Shown here piece after piece: positions 9,827 to 19,380 of a stretch of 64,000 nt of DNA. A model generated the notes under the pieces. It saw only the letters and a program-made list of their open reading frames with translations. It was not told where the DNA came from and did no database searches. Source of the stretch: Nitrospirota bacterium (GTDB lineage Bacteria > Nitrospirota > UBA9217); NCBI GenBank assembly GCA_963751455.1, contig CAVVUN010000015.1:1408001-1472000 (forward strand), in the 5' to 3' direction. Each line of letters opens with the position of its first letter. Position 1 is the first letter of the stretch. Both the position numbers and the translations under genes were made by a program.

Positions 9827-12284
9827 TCGCGAAAGAACTGGCGAATTTCTGAAGGAAACGTTGCGTGTTCTCAAGGAAAAGGGTGGAGAGTATCCGTCCG
9901 GCGAGTTGATAAAAGTGGCCGGCAAGCGACTATCACTTTCGCCATATGAAAAAAGCATTAACAACTCGGGACAATATCGCTGGATAACAAATCTCCGCTT
10001 CTATTCTATCGGCCTTGTTAAAGCCGGGTGGGTCGAAAAGAGTGGAAGAACATGGAAGTTGACAGATTCGGCAAGAGATTTTGAAACTCTGGCACCGATC
10101 GAAATCTTTAACTTCATTGTTGAGGCATATGACAAGTGGAATGCTAATCGAAGCGGCAAGGAGGTTCTTGGGGAAGTTGAGATAGAGGACGACCAGGAGC
10201 CAGAAGTACTGATGGAGGTAAAGCCAGACGACATCACATTTCAGAATTTAATAGTCGGCATCACTAATCGCAAAATACAAATTCCTCCATTTCAGCGCTC
10301 TTTTGTGTGGCAACCTTCAGATATTCGATATTTGTTAGATAGTATTTACCGCGGATATCCGGTTGGCAGTTTTATCTTTTGGAAAACGAATCGTAAACTA
10401 CCGCGCACGAGAAATATCGGCAACCTCTCGCTGGATAGCAAGGATATATCTCAAGGAACTGAAATATCATATGTACTTGACGGACAGCAAAGAATTACCT
10501 CTCTCTATGCTGCAGTAAAAGAATCAACTATAGACGATGAGAAATACCGTTTTTTATTTGATTTACGCGGGAAGAAATTCATTGTTGGCAAGTCAGACGA
10601 CGAGGGTAATGGGAACTTATTAGCAAAGGATAAAGACAATCTTCAGATCTCAATCGGAACCATATTTAGCGAAAGTCGTTCATCCTATCGTCAGATAATC
10701 CGTCAATATCCTGACGAATACGAGGCAATCCTCGACAACCTCTACGACCGTTTCGTAAGTTACCGGTTTTCTGTTATTCAGGTCATAGATCAAAACCCCT
10801 CAACCGATGAAAAACAAACTGAGGGTGTGCGTCAGGTTGTTCGTATGTTTTCAAGGATAAACGAGACGGGACGTAAGCTGACCGTAGTTGCTAAAATGGT
10901 TGCACGATGTTGGGGGGAAGGGTTTGACCTTCGCGAATCATTAGACGCATTCTTTTCACGAGAAAAGGAGCTCGAGGTAATCAGAGAAGAAACGCTGTTG
11001 CAAGCAGCCTCCGTTATTCTAAATTTCAAGAAAGCTCGGTCACGAGATATTTTGGATAAAACGAATATCCGCAAATTAGAAGCTGAATGGGACAATATTA
11101 TTTCAGCCTTTTTGCTGGCAGTTGAATTCGTTAAGTCGAAAGTGAAAATAAGGACGCTGGATTACTTGCCGTTTGACATTCTCTTAGTGCCCCTGGCCTA
11201 TATTTTCTATAAGAAGCCAGCGTTAGACCACAAACAGACGCAGATAGTAGAAAATTGGTTCTGGCGCGCGTGTCTATCCAATAGATACGATGCGACGGTC
11301 GAAGCCAAAATTGAAGAAGACTGTGATACGTTCGACGAACTGCTTGAAGGTAAAAAGCCAACATTTGATTACCTCATCGATTGGGAGACCCTTAAGAGTC
11401 GCCTTGTTGCTCAAAGATATAATTTACGCAATGCATTTGTGAAGACAATTCTCGCGCTGTACTCGTATGTAGAGCCAAAGAATCTTGCTGATGGAAGAGC
11501 CGTTTCTTTTGAGAAAGTTTTTTCTGGTTACTATAAACATAACTTGCATCATATATTTCCACAAGCCTACCTTCGAAAACATGAGCCTGGAAAAAAGGAT
11601 ATGTTCGATAGCGTCATGAATATAATGTTTATACCGGCAATTACCAACATTGAAATTAGAGACGCTGCACCCGGTAAGTATTTTACTGATCTTCAAATTG
11701 CGAATGAAGAATTCGACGAGATCCTGCAGTCACACTATATTCCTAAATATCAGAAATCAGGACTGCCGGAAAATAAATTTTTAGAGTTTCTGGATTATAG
11801 GGCTAACCAACTTTTCAAAGCGTTTCGAGTCAGGACTGGTATCGCCTCGCCTACAGAGGAGTATTTCGATAAGAATCCGTCAAAGCCGATCGATATTCTT
11901 GAGAATCGAATGCGAAATATTATTCATGAGACATTACGGCAACAAGTTGAAGGGTCATATTGGGGTGACTACATTCCAACAGATATTCAAACTGCTGTGG
12001 ATAAAAAAATCCAAGAAGATCTCAAGCGACATCCATATAAACTCGAAGAATATATGCGCGACGATGTGCGAATCACATTTCTTGATATTATGGACTATTC
12101 AAAGATCATCCTGCTTAATTGGTCTGTATTTGGCCAGATATTTTCCAGCAAAGGTGAAATTGAACCACGTTTTCTTGCGCTGAAAAATTACAGAAATCCA
12201 GTTAAGCATGGCAGAGAATTAAGTGAAGTAGATAAGCAAAAAGGCGAGGCGGCTGTGCTGTGGTTAGAAAAGATACTTCAATAA
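9813..12284 (+). CDS. GmrSD-like nuclease: Mrr-N-like wHTH + DUF262 + DUF1524/HNH-like + C-terminal HEPN
   Basis: IPPFQRSFVW, LDGQQR, FSRINETG (DUF262); HHIFP...N (DUF1524); RNPVKH (HEPN Rx4H). Confidence 0.85.
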   Translation: MAQISRERTGEFLKETLRVLKEKGGEYPSGELIKVAGKRLSLSPYEKSINNSGQYRWITNLRFYSIGLVKAGWVEKSGRTWKLTDSARDFETLAPIEIFNFIVEAYDKWNANRSGKEVLGEVEIEDDQEPEVLMEVKPDDITFQNLIVGITNRKIQIPPFQRSFVWQPSDIRYLLDSIYRGYPVGSFIFWKTNRKLPRTRNIGNLSLDSKDISQGTEISYVLDGQQRITSLYAAVKESTIDDEKYRFLFDLRGKKFIVGKSDDEGNGNLLAKDKDNLQISIGTIFSESRSSYRQIIRQYPDEYEAILDNLYDRFVSYRFSVIQVIDQNPSTDEKQTEGVRQVVRMFSRINETGRKLTVVAKMVARCWGEGFDLRESLDAFFSREKELEVIREETLLQAASVILNFKKARSRDILDKTNIRKLEAEWDNIISAFLLAVEFVKSKVKIRTLDYLPFDILLVPLAYIFYKKPALDHKQTQIVENWFWRACLSNRYDATVEAKIEEDCDTFDELLEGKKPTFDYLIDWETLKSRLVAQRYNLRNAFVKTILALYSYVEPKNLADGRAVSFEKVFSGYYKHNLHHIFPQAYLRKHEPGKKDMFDSVMNIMFIPAITNIEIRDAAPGKYFTDLQIANEEFDEILQSHYIPKYQKSGLPENKFLEFLDYRANQLFKAFRVRTGIASPTEEYFDKNPSKPIDILENRMRNIIHETLRQQVEGSYWGDYIPTDIQTAVDKKIQEDLKRHPYKLEEYMRDDVRITFLDIMDYSKIILLNWSVFGQIFSSKGEIEPRFLALKNYRNPVKHGRELSEVDKQKGEAAVLWLEKILQ

Positions 12285-12329
12285 AAAAATCAATAGCGTA
12301 TTACACTATAAAAGCGATGGGAGGTTTGA

Positions 12330-13760
12330 ATGGGCACGCTACATAGGCAGTTGCAATATATCAATCCTCAGGATATAGCGTTTGATAAGGATAACCCACG
12401 TGGCTGGACGGAAGATCAAATTGTGAATGATCCTAATTTTAAGAAATTGAAATCTTCTATCGAAGAATATGGAATTCTAGAGCCAGTCATAATAAAGAAA
12501 GATGAATCTAACGAAGCTGCTTATGTTTTAATTGACGGTGAGCGACGATTGCGCGCTGCCTTAGCGGCTGATCAAAAAGAAGTCCCTAGTTTAATCGCAA
12601 AGGACGATACTGATGGAAGAATATTGGCATATCAAGTCCACATGCTCCGCAATAATTGGGACAAGGCTGCCGAAACTAAAGCTATTAAGAAATTGATTGG
12701 AGATCTTAGGAATGAGAATCCGTCAATTACTGAAGATGCGATAAAAGCTAAATTAATTAAGATCACCGCGCATAAAGATCATGAATTGAACGATATTCTC
12801 GAATTAATAAAATATGACGATCACATTATCGAATCAGTAATAAGTAAACAATTGAACATGAGTTATTTAGTTCAGATTGAACGCAGTTTTATAAATCCGT
12901 TAAAAAGGCATTATGATGGGATTGTTACCGCATATGGCGAGGATAATATTCGTCGCATACTAATTCAAAAAGCTATTGGCGGCAATCTAGTAAATACCAG
13001 ATTCTTAATGGATAAGTTTAAAGTTGTTTTTGCAGATGAAATGGGGCGGAAGGATAAAATATCAAAAATACTGACCAGTTTTTTGGGAGCTAAGAATAAA
13101 TCGATTCAAAAATCGCTTGATGAATATTCTAATTTAGATAAGCATCGAGAACAGAAAGCCGTAAAGACACCGAAGAAAGCGGTAACAAGTAAAACCGCAT
13201 TGGCAAAAAAGGAGTCGCAAGTAGAGATCTTTAGCTACAAGAAGATCCGAGTCACGAAGAAACAATTAACTTCGATCGAAGACATTCGAGCTAATTATGA
13301 AAAGATCGGTACAAGTTATAGTGAAGAGGAGAATGAATATATTGCAGAAGCCCTTTTCTGCCTAGAGAAGCACTGCTTCAAGGCTGCAACCTTAATGATC
13401 TGGTCTTCCAGTATCAGCCGGATACTAAATTATATTGGTAGTAATTTGGCAGATTTTAATAAAGCAACTACCAATATGATCGCGAATCCAAAAAATGTTT
13501 ACAAATATATTGCAAAGAATTTTATGAAGGGTGCTGGTTCGGTTGATGATATTCGCCTAAATAGTAACGATAGACATGCAATAAGTTTTATATATTACAA
13601 AAACTTTATTACCGAAACTCAATGTAAAAAATTGTTTAGTGATTACTCAACAAGATGCGACTGTGCGCATCCAACGGATATTAAGATATCTCCTAATCAG
13701 GCAATATCCATATTTGAAAATATTTACGATTTGATTCTAAATAACCCGAAAATAAAATGA
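12330..13760 (+). CDS. ParB/Srx-like N-terminal domain fused to a putative C-terminal HEPN domain
   Basis: NPR...SIEEYGILEPVI...LIDGERRLRA; C-terminal FKAATLMIW...RCDCAH (Rx4H). Confidence 0.75.
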   Translation: MGTLHRQLQYINPQDIAFDKDNPRGWTEDQIVNDPNFKKLKSSIEEYGILEPVIIKKDESNEAAYVLIDGERRLRAALAADQKEVPSLIAKDDTDGRILAYQVHMLRNNWDKAAETKAIKKLIGDLRNENPSITEDAIKAKLIKITAHKDHELNDILELIKYDDHIIESVISKQLNMSYLVQIERSFINPLKRHYDGIVTAYGEDNIRRILIQKAIGGNLVNTRFLMDKFKVVFADEMGRKDKISKILTSFLGAKNKSIQKSLDEYSNLDKHREQKAVKTPKKAVTSKTALAKKESQVEIFSYKKIRVTKKQLTSIEDIRANYEKIGTSYSEEENEYIAEALFCLEKHCFKAATLMIWSSSISRILNYIGSNLADFNKATTNMIANPKNVYKYIAKNFMKGAGSVDDIRLNSNDRHAISFIYYKNFITETQCKKLFSDYSTRCDCAHPTDIKISPNQAISIFENIYDLILNNPKIK

Positions 13761-14857
13761 ACATACTATTAGTCGAGCCTGAATATCCGATTCCGGCAAA
13801 AAGCAAAAACCACTGCAATTTTCTCCCCATTGGTCTTCTAAAGATAGCCGCCTATCATAGATCGATAGGCGATAAAATTTCATTGCACAGAGGTAATTAT
13901 CACGGCAGAAAACAACCTGATGAGATTAAGATAACCTCGCTTTTTACCTATTGGTCTAAGCAAGTATGGGATAGCGTATCGTTTTACAAGAATGCATACC
14001 CTAGTGCCAGTATACAAGTGGGTGGAATCTACGCATCCTTAATGCCTGAGCATGCTAAACAATCAGGCTGTGATAATGTTCAAGTTGGTTTATATCAAAA
14101 GGGGTTGGCTGAGAAGTGTAACCCAGCTTACGATTTGGTTGATGTTGATTACCAAATTGTTCATGCATCGCGTGGTTGTTTCCGAAAATGTAATTTTTGC
14201 GGCACATGGAAAATCGAACCGGACGTCACATATAAGAAGGGCATTAGGAGCGAGATTAAGAAAAAGAGACTTGTTTTCTATGACAATAACTTAATTGCCA
14301 ATCCGCATATAAAGGATATCCTGACAGAACTTGAAGAATATAGATTCCGTGATAGAAGCTGTGTAAGTTGCGAAAGTCAGAGTGGGTTGGATGGGAGGTT
14401 GTTGACAAAAGATCCTGAGATTGCAACTTTGCTAAAGAAAGCACATTTCAAATTTCCGAGGATAGCTTGGGATGGCCCATATAATCACTGGCCCAAGATA
14501 AAGGACCAAATCCAAATTCTAAAGGAAGCTGGATTTCCAGATATGGATATATTTGTATTTATGATATTTAATCACCATCTCTCATATGAGGAAATGAGAA
14601 GCAAGCTCGACGCTTGCCGTCGATGGGGCGTTCGGGTAATAGATTGTAGATATAGACCGCTTATCAGCACGCATGATGGATACAATTCGCGAGTGAAAAG
14701 CCAAACGGAAGAGGAATATTTTATACATGATGGTTGGACAGATAAACAAGTAAGGTTTTTTCGACGCGCGGTGAGAAGACAGAATATCGCCATAATGTTA
14801 GAGTTGCCGAATGGGCGATATATTGAAGGTGTCGAAAGGAAATATATTTACTTCTAG
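13757..14857 (+). CDS. cobalamin-binding-type radical SAM protein
   Basis: PIGLLKIAAY and VGGIYASLMPE (B12-binding-like); RGCFRKCNFC (CxxxCxxC); FYDNN; ATGA overlap with the ParB gene. Confidence 0.85.
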   Translation: MNILLVEPEYPIPAKSKNHCNFLPIGLLKIAAYHRSIGDKISLHRGNYHGRKQPDEIKITSLFTYWSKQVWDSVSFYKNAYPSASIQVGGIYASLMPEHAKQSGCDNVQVGLYQKGLAEKCNPAYDLVDVDYQIVHASRGCFRKCNFCGTWKIEPDVTYKKGIRSEIKKKRLVFYDNNLIANPHIKDILTELEEYRFRDRSCVSCESQSGLDGRLLTKDPEIATLLKKAHFKFPRIAWDGPYNHWPKIKDQIQILKEAGFPDMDIFVFMIFNHHLSYEEMRSKLDACRRWGVRVIDCRYRPLISTHDGYNSRVKSQTEEEYFIHDGWTDKQVRFFRRAVRRQNIAIMLELPNGRYIEGVERKYIYF

Positions 14858-14883
14858 CGTCTTAAAAGGAACCAATAAAATTT

Positions 14884-16206
14884 ATGCCTGCGTGCGTGGG
14901 TGATAAAGAGTTAAGGCGTATTATAAGCACAGAGGGCGTGAGTAAAAAGTGCGCAATTTGTTCAGCGCGTCGAAAGTGTATTACGTTGGGGGAGTTAGCA
15001 TCCCTCGTGGATGGAGTCTATAGGGAATTCTATAGGCCTGGCCGGGAGGAACCGATCTTTGACGACGAGGGTGATGGTGTGCGCTATGAACAGGAAGGCG
15101 ATTCCCCAGAAGACATAATCGCAGAAATTACAGGTACAGACACTGATATTGGAGTCGCTATCAGAGACATTCTGGCAGAACAAAATGTTCGGGACATTCG
15201 GGATGGCGATGACCCCTACTATGATTCCGGATTTCGCTATGAACCAATCAGCCTTTACCCTTATCATCTTCATGAAACATGGCTGGCCTTTTGTGAGAGG
15301 ATAAAGCACGTTAGAAGATTTTATGATGAAGACAGTAAGACCATGTTGTCAACTCTGTTAGGACAAATCAAGGATATACCATCTACAAGTTCTATATCGA
15401 CGTTAGTGCGGACATTTAAGCCAGGAGTAAGTGAATTTCATTTATACCGGGCTCGCCGAGCTAAGAACGCCGATGAACTCAAGCAAATAATGACAAATCC
15501 GGAAATGGAACTTGGTCCGCCATCTGGTAAATTTGGTTATAGTGGCCGAATGAATCCTCACGGTATTTCGGTTTTTTATGGAGGGCTGAAAAAAGACATC
15601 TGCATTTCAGAAGTAAGGCCATTTGTCGGTGAATATGTAGTAGTGGGAGAATTTCAAGTTCTGAAAGAATTGCAAATGCTAGATTTGAGTTATTTTGACA
15701 AGCCTCCAATTTCCGGGAGCATGTTTGAGCAAGGTTATCGAGAAAGAGCTGAACTCCGGATGTTTATGCGATCTTTCCAAAATATTATTTCGCGCCCAAT
15801 TCAACCGCACGAAGAAAACATTGAATACATTCCGACGCAAGCAGTCGCGGAATATCTTGCAAATGTCTTGAAATTTGATGGTCTGATCTATTTGTCAGCA
15901 CAAACGGGACAGACTAGCCCTGATAATGTCGTGATGTTCAGCCATGCTGCCCATGTTGCTGCTGAGAGTAAACCTAAAAAATCAACATCGATAAAGCGTA
16001 AAAGCAGATCTCGCTTATCAAAATTCGCGCTGGATTCCACATTGGAAAACTGGAGCATAATACCGGAGCCAGCACTTCAATATGTTAAAGGCAGTGCTGA
16101 AATTTATAGGATAACAAGCAATAATTATAATCATGAACAGCTCCCAGAGGTTGTATCATCTCTTGATGATGCGGGGTTGCAGAGATTCTTGGGGGCAGAA
16201 GACTAA
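14884..16206 (+). CDS. RES-domain protein with N-terminal Cys-containing (HEPN-associated-like) domain
   Basis: YRAR, GRMNPHGISVFY, SEVRP, YIPTQAVAEY, DGLIYLS; N-terminal CAIC. Confidence 0.85.
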   Translation: MPACVGDKELRRIISTEGVSKKCAICSARRKCITLGELASLVDGVYREFYRPGREEPIFDDEGDGVRYEQEGDSPEDIIAEITGTDTDIGVAIRDILAEQNVRDIRDGDDPYYDSGFRYEPISLYPYHLHETWLAFCERIKHVRRFYDEDSKTMLSTLLGQIKDIPSTSSISTLVRTFKPGVSEFHLYRARRAKNADELKQIMTNPEMELGPPSGKFGYSGRMNPHGISVFYGGLKKDICISEVRPFVGEYVVVGEFQVLKELQMLDLSYFDKPPISGSMFEQGYRERAELRMFMRSFQNIISRPIQPHEENIEYIPTQAVAEYLANVLKFDGLIYLSAQTGQTSPDNVVMFSHAAHVAAESKPKKSTSIKRKSRSRLSKFALDSTLENWSIIPEPALQYVKGSAEIYRITSNNYNHEQLPEVVSSLDDAGLQRFLGAED

Positions 16207-16321
16207 TATTTTGAATAACCGAGAATCTTCCACGAGTCCCAAAACAAGTTCCAAGGGACTGATTGGGGTCTGACTTAAGTCTGTAATTATTTATAGCCCT
16301 GCTGCAATCGTATCGAAACTC

Positions 16322-16343
16322 GGAACCTATAGGGTCAGGTCTT
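16322..16343 (+). repeat. GGAACCTATAGGGTCA junction motif (other copies at 19079, 24641, 25987 and 33303; partial copy at 24606)
   Basis: Read directly from the sequence; all copies in the same orientation. Confidence 0.75.
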
Positions 16344-16501
16344 TCTTCTTGATATTGCTTCTTTTTGACGTTGTGTGCGGGATAAATCATTAGGGTTGCC
16401 TCTTGCAGTGGGCAATTTATGAGACACTTTTCTTGCATAATAGATTGTGCGATGTTGGATTGTGATGCATAACCACGCTGTAACCGTTTGGAGAAGCTGA
16501 T

Positions 16502-17407
16502 ATGAGCGACAAGGACAAATTCCTTTTCTACACTGCGGAAGACGGCTCGGTAAAGGTTGAGGTTCTGTATAAGGAAGAAACTGTCTGGCTGACTCAGAAG
16601 GCGCTGGCCGAGCTTTTCGGTGTTCGTGTCCCGGCCGTTAATAAACATTTGAAAAATATATTCGAAACCCACGAATTAGTGGAAGATTCAGTTGTTTCCA
16701 TTTTGGAAACAACTGCGGCTGACGGTAAAAGTTACAAAACCAGGTACTACAACCTCGATGCCATCATTGCCGTCGGGTGCCGGGTCAACAGCTATCAGGC
16801 GACGCAATTCCGCATCTGGGCGACCAAGACGCTGAAGGAATTCATCATCAAGGGCTTTGTGCTGGATGACGAACGGCTCAAACAGGGGAAGACGGTCTTC
16901 GGCAAGGATTATTTCGATGAACTGCTGGAACGCATTCGGGAAATACGCGCAAGCGAGCGGCGATTCTATGAGAAAATAACGGATATCTACGCGCTGTCGG
17001 CGGATTACGACAGGGAATCACCTCTGACCAAGGAATTCTTCTCCACCGTTCAGAACAAATTACACTGGGCCATCTCCGGCAAAACCGCAGCTGAAATCAT
17101 TTATCCCTCGGCTGATGCGACCAGGATTTACATGGGACTCACGAATTGGAAGCACGCGCCCGGCGGCAAAATATTGAAGTCCGATGTGGTCGTGGTCAAG
17201 AACTATCTCAGTGAAAAGCATATCAAAGAATTGAACCGCATCGTTTCCGCATACCTGGACCTCGCTGAGAACCGTGCAGAGCGGCAGATCCTCATGAAAA
17301 TGGAAGACTGGATCGGATTTCTTCATGGTTTTCTGGATCTGTCCAATTATCCTATCCTGAAAGACAGCGGCAAGGTTAACCAATGGGTAAAGGAAACGGT
17401 AGCTTAA
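16502..17407 (+). CDS. rhuM: virulence RhuM family protein, C-terminus probably truncated
   Basis: ETVWLTQ, YYNLDAIIAVG, ATQFRIWAT, IKGFVLDDERLK, IREIRASE. Confidence 0.9.
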   Translation: MSDKDKFLFYTAEDGSVKVEVLYKEETVWLTQKALAELFGVRVPAVNKHLKNIFETHELVEDSVVSILETTAADGKSYKTRYYNLDAIIAVGCRVNSYQATQFRIWATKTLKEFIIKGFVLDDERLKQGKTVFGKDYFDELLERIREIRASERRFYEKITDIYALSADYDRESPLTKEFFSTVQNKLHWAISGKTAAEIIYPSADATRIYMGLTNWKHAPGGKILKSDVVVVKNYLSEKHIKELNRIVSAYLDLAENRAERQILMKMEDWIGFLHGFLDLSNYPILKDSGKVNQWVKETVA

Positions 17408-17484
17408 AGTACATTGTGCGTGCGGTTATTCACTGATTTGCTGAACTACTACGCTAATAATATACTGTGGAATAGGAACGATTC

Positions 17485-18183
17485 ATGATGACTGAGTTTT
17501 GTGAGATGAATATCTATTGTGACGAGAGCAGGCATACTTCTAACCCCGAAGATGCCTATATGGTCATCGGTGCGTTGTCGTGTCCGCGCGATCAGAAAAC
17601 GATGCTCACGCAAAAGATAAATCTTATAAAGAAAGAACATGGTATCGGTGGTGAATTCGGCTGGAAAAAGCTATCTCCTAATCACAAGAAATTTTATTGG
17701 GCCTTGCTTGAGCTCTTTAAAAAAGAGAATGCCCTTGCTTTCCGTTGTCTTGTTGTTGATCGTAATCTTCTCGATCACGGTCAATATAATCTAGGTGATG
17801 AAGAACTAGGATTTTATAAGCTCTACTATCAGATGCTGGGTAATTGGCTGAGGCCTCGTTGTTCGTATCATATATACCTCGACTGGCAGCGAAACAAGAC
17901 TCAGAAGCGATTTGTTGATCTTCGGGAGTTACTGAGGCGAAAGCTGATCGGCAAGGCGAAGATTGCCTGCCTAGAACCGGTAAGCTCCCATAATCTGCCA
18001 CTGCTTCAGTTGTCCGATTTGTTTATAGGCGCGGTTGGATATGCTTGGAATGAAAGAACTGGTAGCGCAACTAAGATCGAATTTTGTAATGACTTGGCTG
18101 CAGCTGTTGGATTTGCACAGTTGAAAGTGTCAACGTTCCCGAGTGCTGAAAAATTCAATATATTTCACTTCACGGGGCGCTGA
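17485..18183 (+). CDS. DUF3800-domain protein
   Basis: IYCDES N-terminal motif; LQLSDLFIGAV C-terminal motif. Confidence 0.85.
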   Translation: MMTEFCEMNIYCDESRHTSNPEDAYMVIGALSCPRDQKTMLTQKINLIKKEHGIGGEFGWKKLSPNHKKFYWALLELFKKENALAFRCLVVDRNLLDHGQYNLGDEELGFYKLYYQMLGNWLRPRCSYHIYLDWQRNKTQKRFVDLRELLRRKLIGKAKIACLEPVSSHNLPLLQLSDLFIGAVGYAWNERTGSATKIEFCNDLAAAVGFAQLKVSTFPSAEKFNIFHFTGR

Positions 18184-18184
18184 G

Positions 18185-18697
18185 ATGGCTGATCATCTTT
18201 GGCCACTCCTGGAATTGGAAACAAATTCCGCGGAAGAGCTTCGAGAGGCATATCGAAAGATTTTTATTGAGACATATGTCCAGACGGCAGAAGGTGAGCC
18301 GATTGAGATATGTGATTGGAACGGCATACGCGTTCATTTCAATCCTAAGAACTTCGAGCATGCTTTTTCTGAAAGCACTGATTATCGGTTCGGCTTAGGT
18401 GAGCACGATATTCCCGTATCAATCAAACGGGTCTGCCGTATATTGTGGATTAAAGAAGTCTTAGCTGCGTCTAAGGGAACAATTGAACGATGGAATCAAA
18501 TGAGAAAAGATAGTCGTAATAGAATGAAAAAGCGGAGAGTTCTTTTGGTCGTCGAAGAACGGTATTTAGTCGTTTTGGAAGAGACAGCTAAAACCGGTCA
18601 ATTGGAATTTGTTTCAGCGTTTCCGGCTAGCAGCGTTTATCTCGAAAAAATCAAAAAAGAGAGCGTCTGGATAGAAACAAAAAAGCCCCAGTCTTAA
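18185..18697 (+). CDS. hypothetical protein, possibly PBECR/RelE-like nuclease fold
   Basis: ATG 1 nt after the DUF3800 stop; VHF..FEHAF, R.LWIKEVL, YLVVL...FVSAF pattern. Confidence 0.6.
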   Translation: MADHLWPLLELETNSAEELREAYRKIFIETYVQTAEGEPIEICDWNGIRVHFNPKNFEHAFSESTDYRFGLGEHDIPVSIKRVCRILWIKEVLAASKGTIERWNQMRKDSRNRMKKRRVLLVVEERYLVVLEETAKTGQLEFVSAFPASSVYLEKIKKESVWIETKKPQS

Positions 18698-18760
18698 CGG
18701 CGACTGAGGCGCTGCCACGGTCCTAAACCATAGGTAAAGGGCCACAAGCCTTGCGGCTTG
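18679..18760 (-). ncRNA. candidate ~80-nt structured antisense sRNA, copy 1 (DUF3800-associated)
   Basis: CAAGCC-GCAA-GGCUUG hairpin, middle stem, 3' GCCUCAGUC/GACUGGGGC-U6 terminator; has its own promoter; duplicated at 21932. Confidence 0.7.
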
Positions 18761-18765
18761 GTAAT

Positions 18766-18794
18766 AATATACAATTGTATATTAAATTTGTCAA
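18766..18794 (-). promoter_or_regulatory. sigma70 promoter of the sRNA, overlapped by a perfect palindrome
   Basis: TTGACA-17 nt-TATATT on the minus strand; palindrome AATATACAATTGTATATT at 18766-18783. Confidence 0.7.
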
Positions 18795-18870
18795 AAGAAA
18801 ATTTGACAATTGTCAATAAAAAAATTGACAATCCACAGTAAAGCTATTGTAAATAAAAGGAAATTATTAA

Positions 18871-19077
18871 ATGACCCCTGCGGCAATCGTATCAAAACTC
18901 TGGAACTACTGTAACGTCCTCCGGGACGATGGGATGAGCTACGGCGATTACCCTTCGACTTCGCTCAGGACAGGCTCAGAGCAGCTCACGTATCTGCTGT
19001 TCCTCAAGATGGCCGACGAGCGCACGAAGCCGCCGTACAACCAGCCGAGTGCCGTGCCGGCGAAGTACAATTGGCCC
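18871..19077 (+). pseudogene. hsdM: 5' fragment of hsdM
   Basis: Near-identical to 22069-22275; breaks off at the junction motif at 19079. Confidence 0.9.
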
Positions 19078-19380
19078 AGAACCTATAGGGTCAAGTCTTG
19101 CCTCTTGCATTAGACAATTTATGAGACGTTATTCTTGCCTGATAAGTTGTTCGATGTTGGGTTGTGATGCAGATTCAGTTATTTCCATTTTGGAAACAAC
19201 TGCCGTGGACGGGAAAGCTTATGGAATGAAATGCGACACAAGGAGCTTTGGGAAAGACATTATCAATGGTAAAAAGGCTGCTTGGCATGAGGAAAAGCGG
19301 CTACTCGGCTCGATGCTGTTTACAGTACCGAAGATCCATCAACCGCAACAATCGCGCGAAAGGATCGGGAGAACGAAAAT

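Noticed and set aside
12330-13760. Chromosome or plasmid partition ParB
   Set aside because: There is no parA, parS or replication gene nearby. The protein has a C-terminal HEPN-like extension and sits in a defence context.
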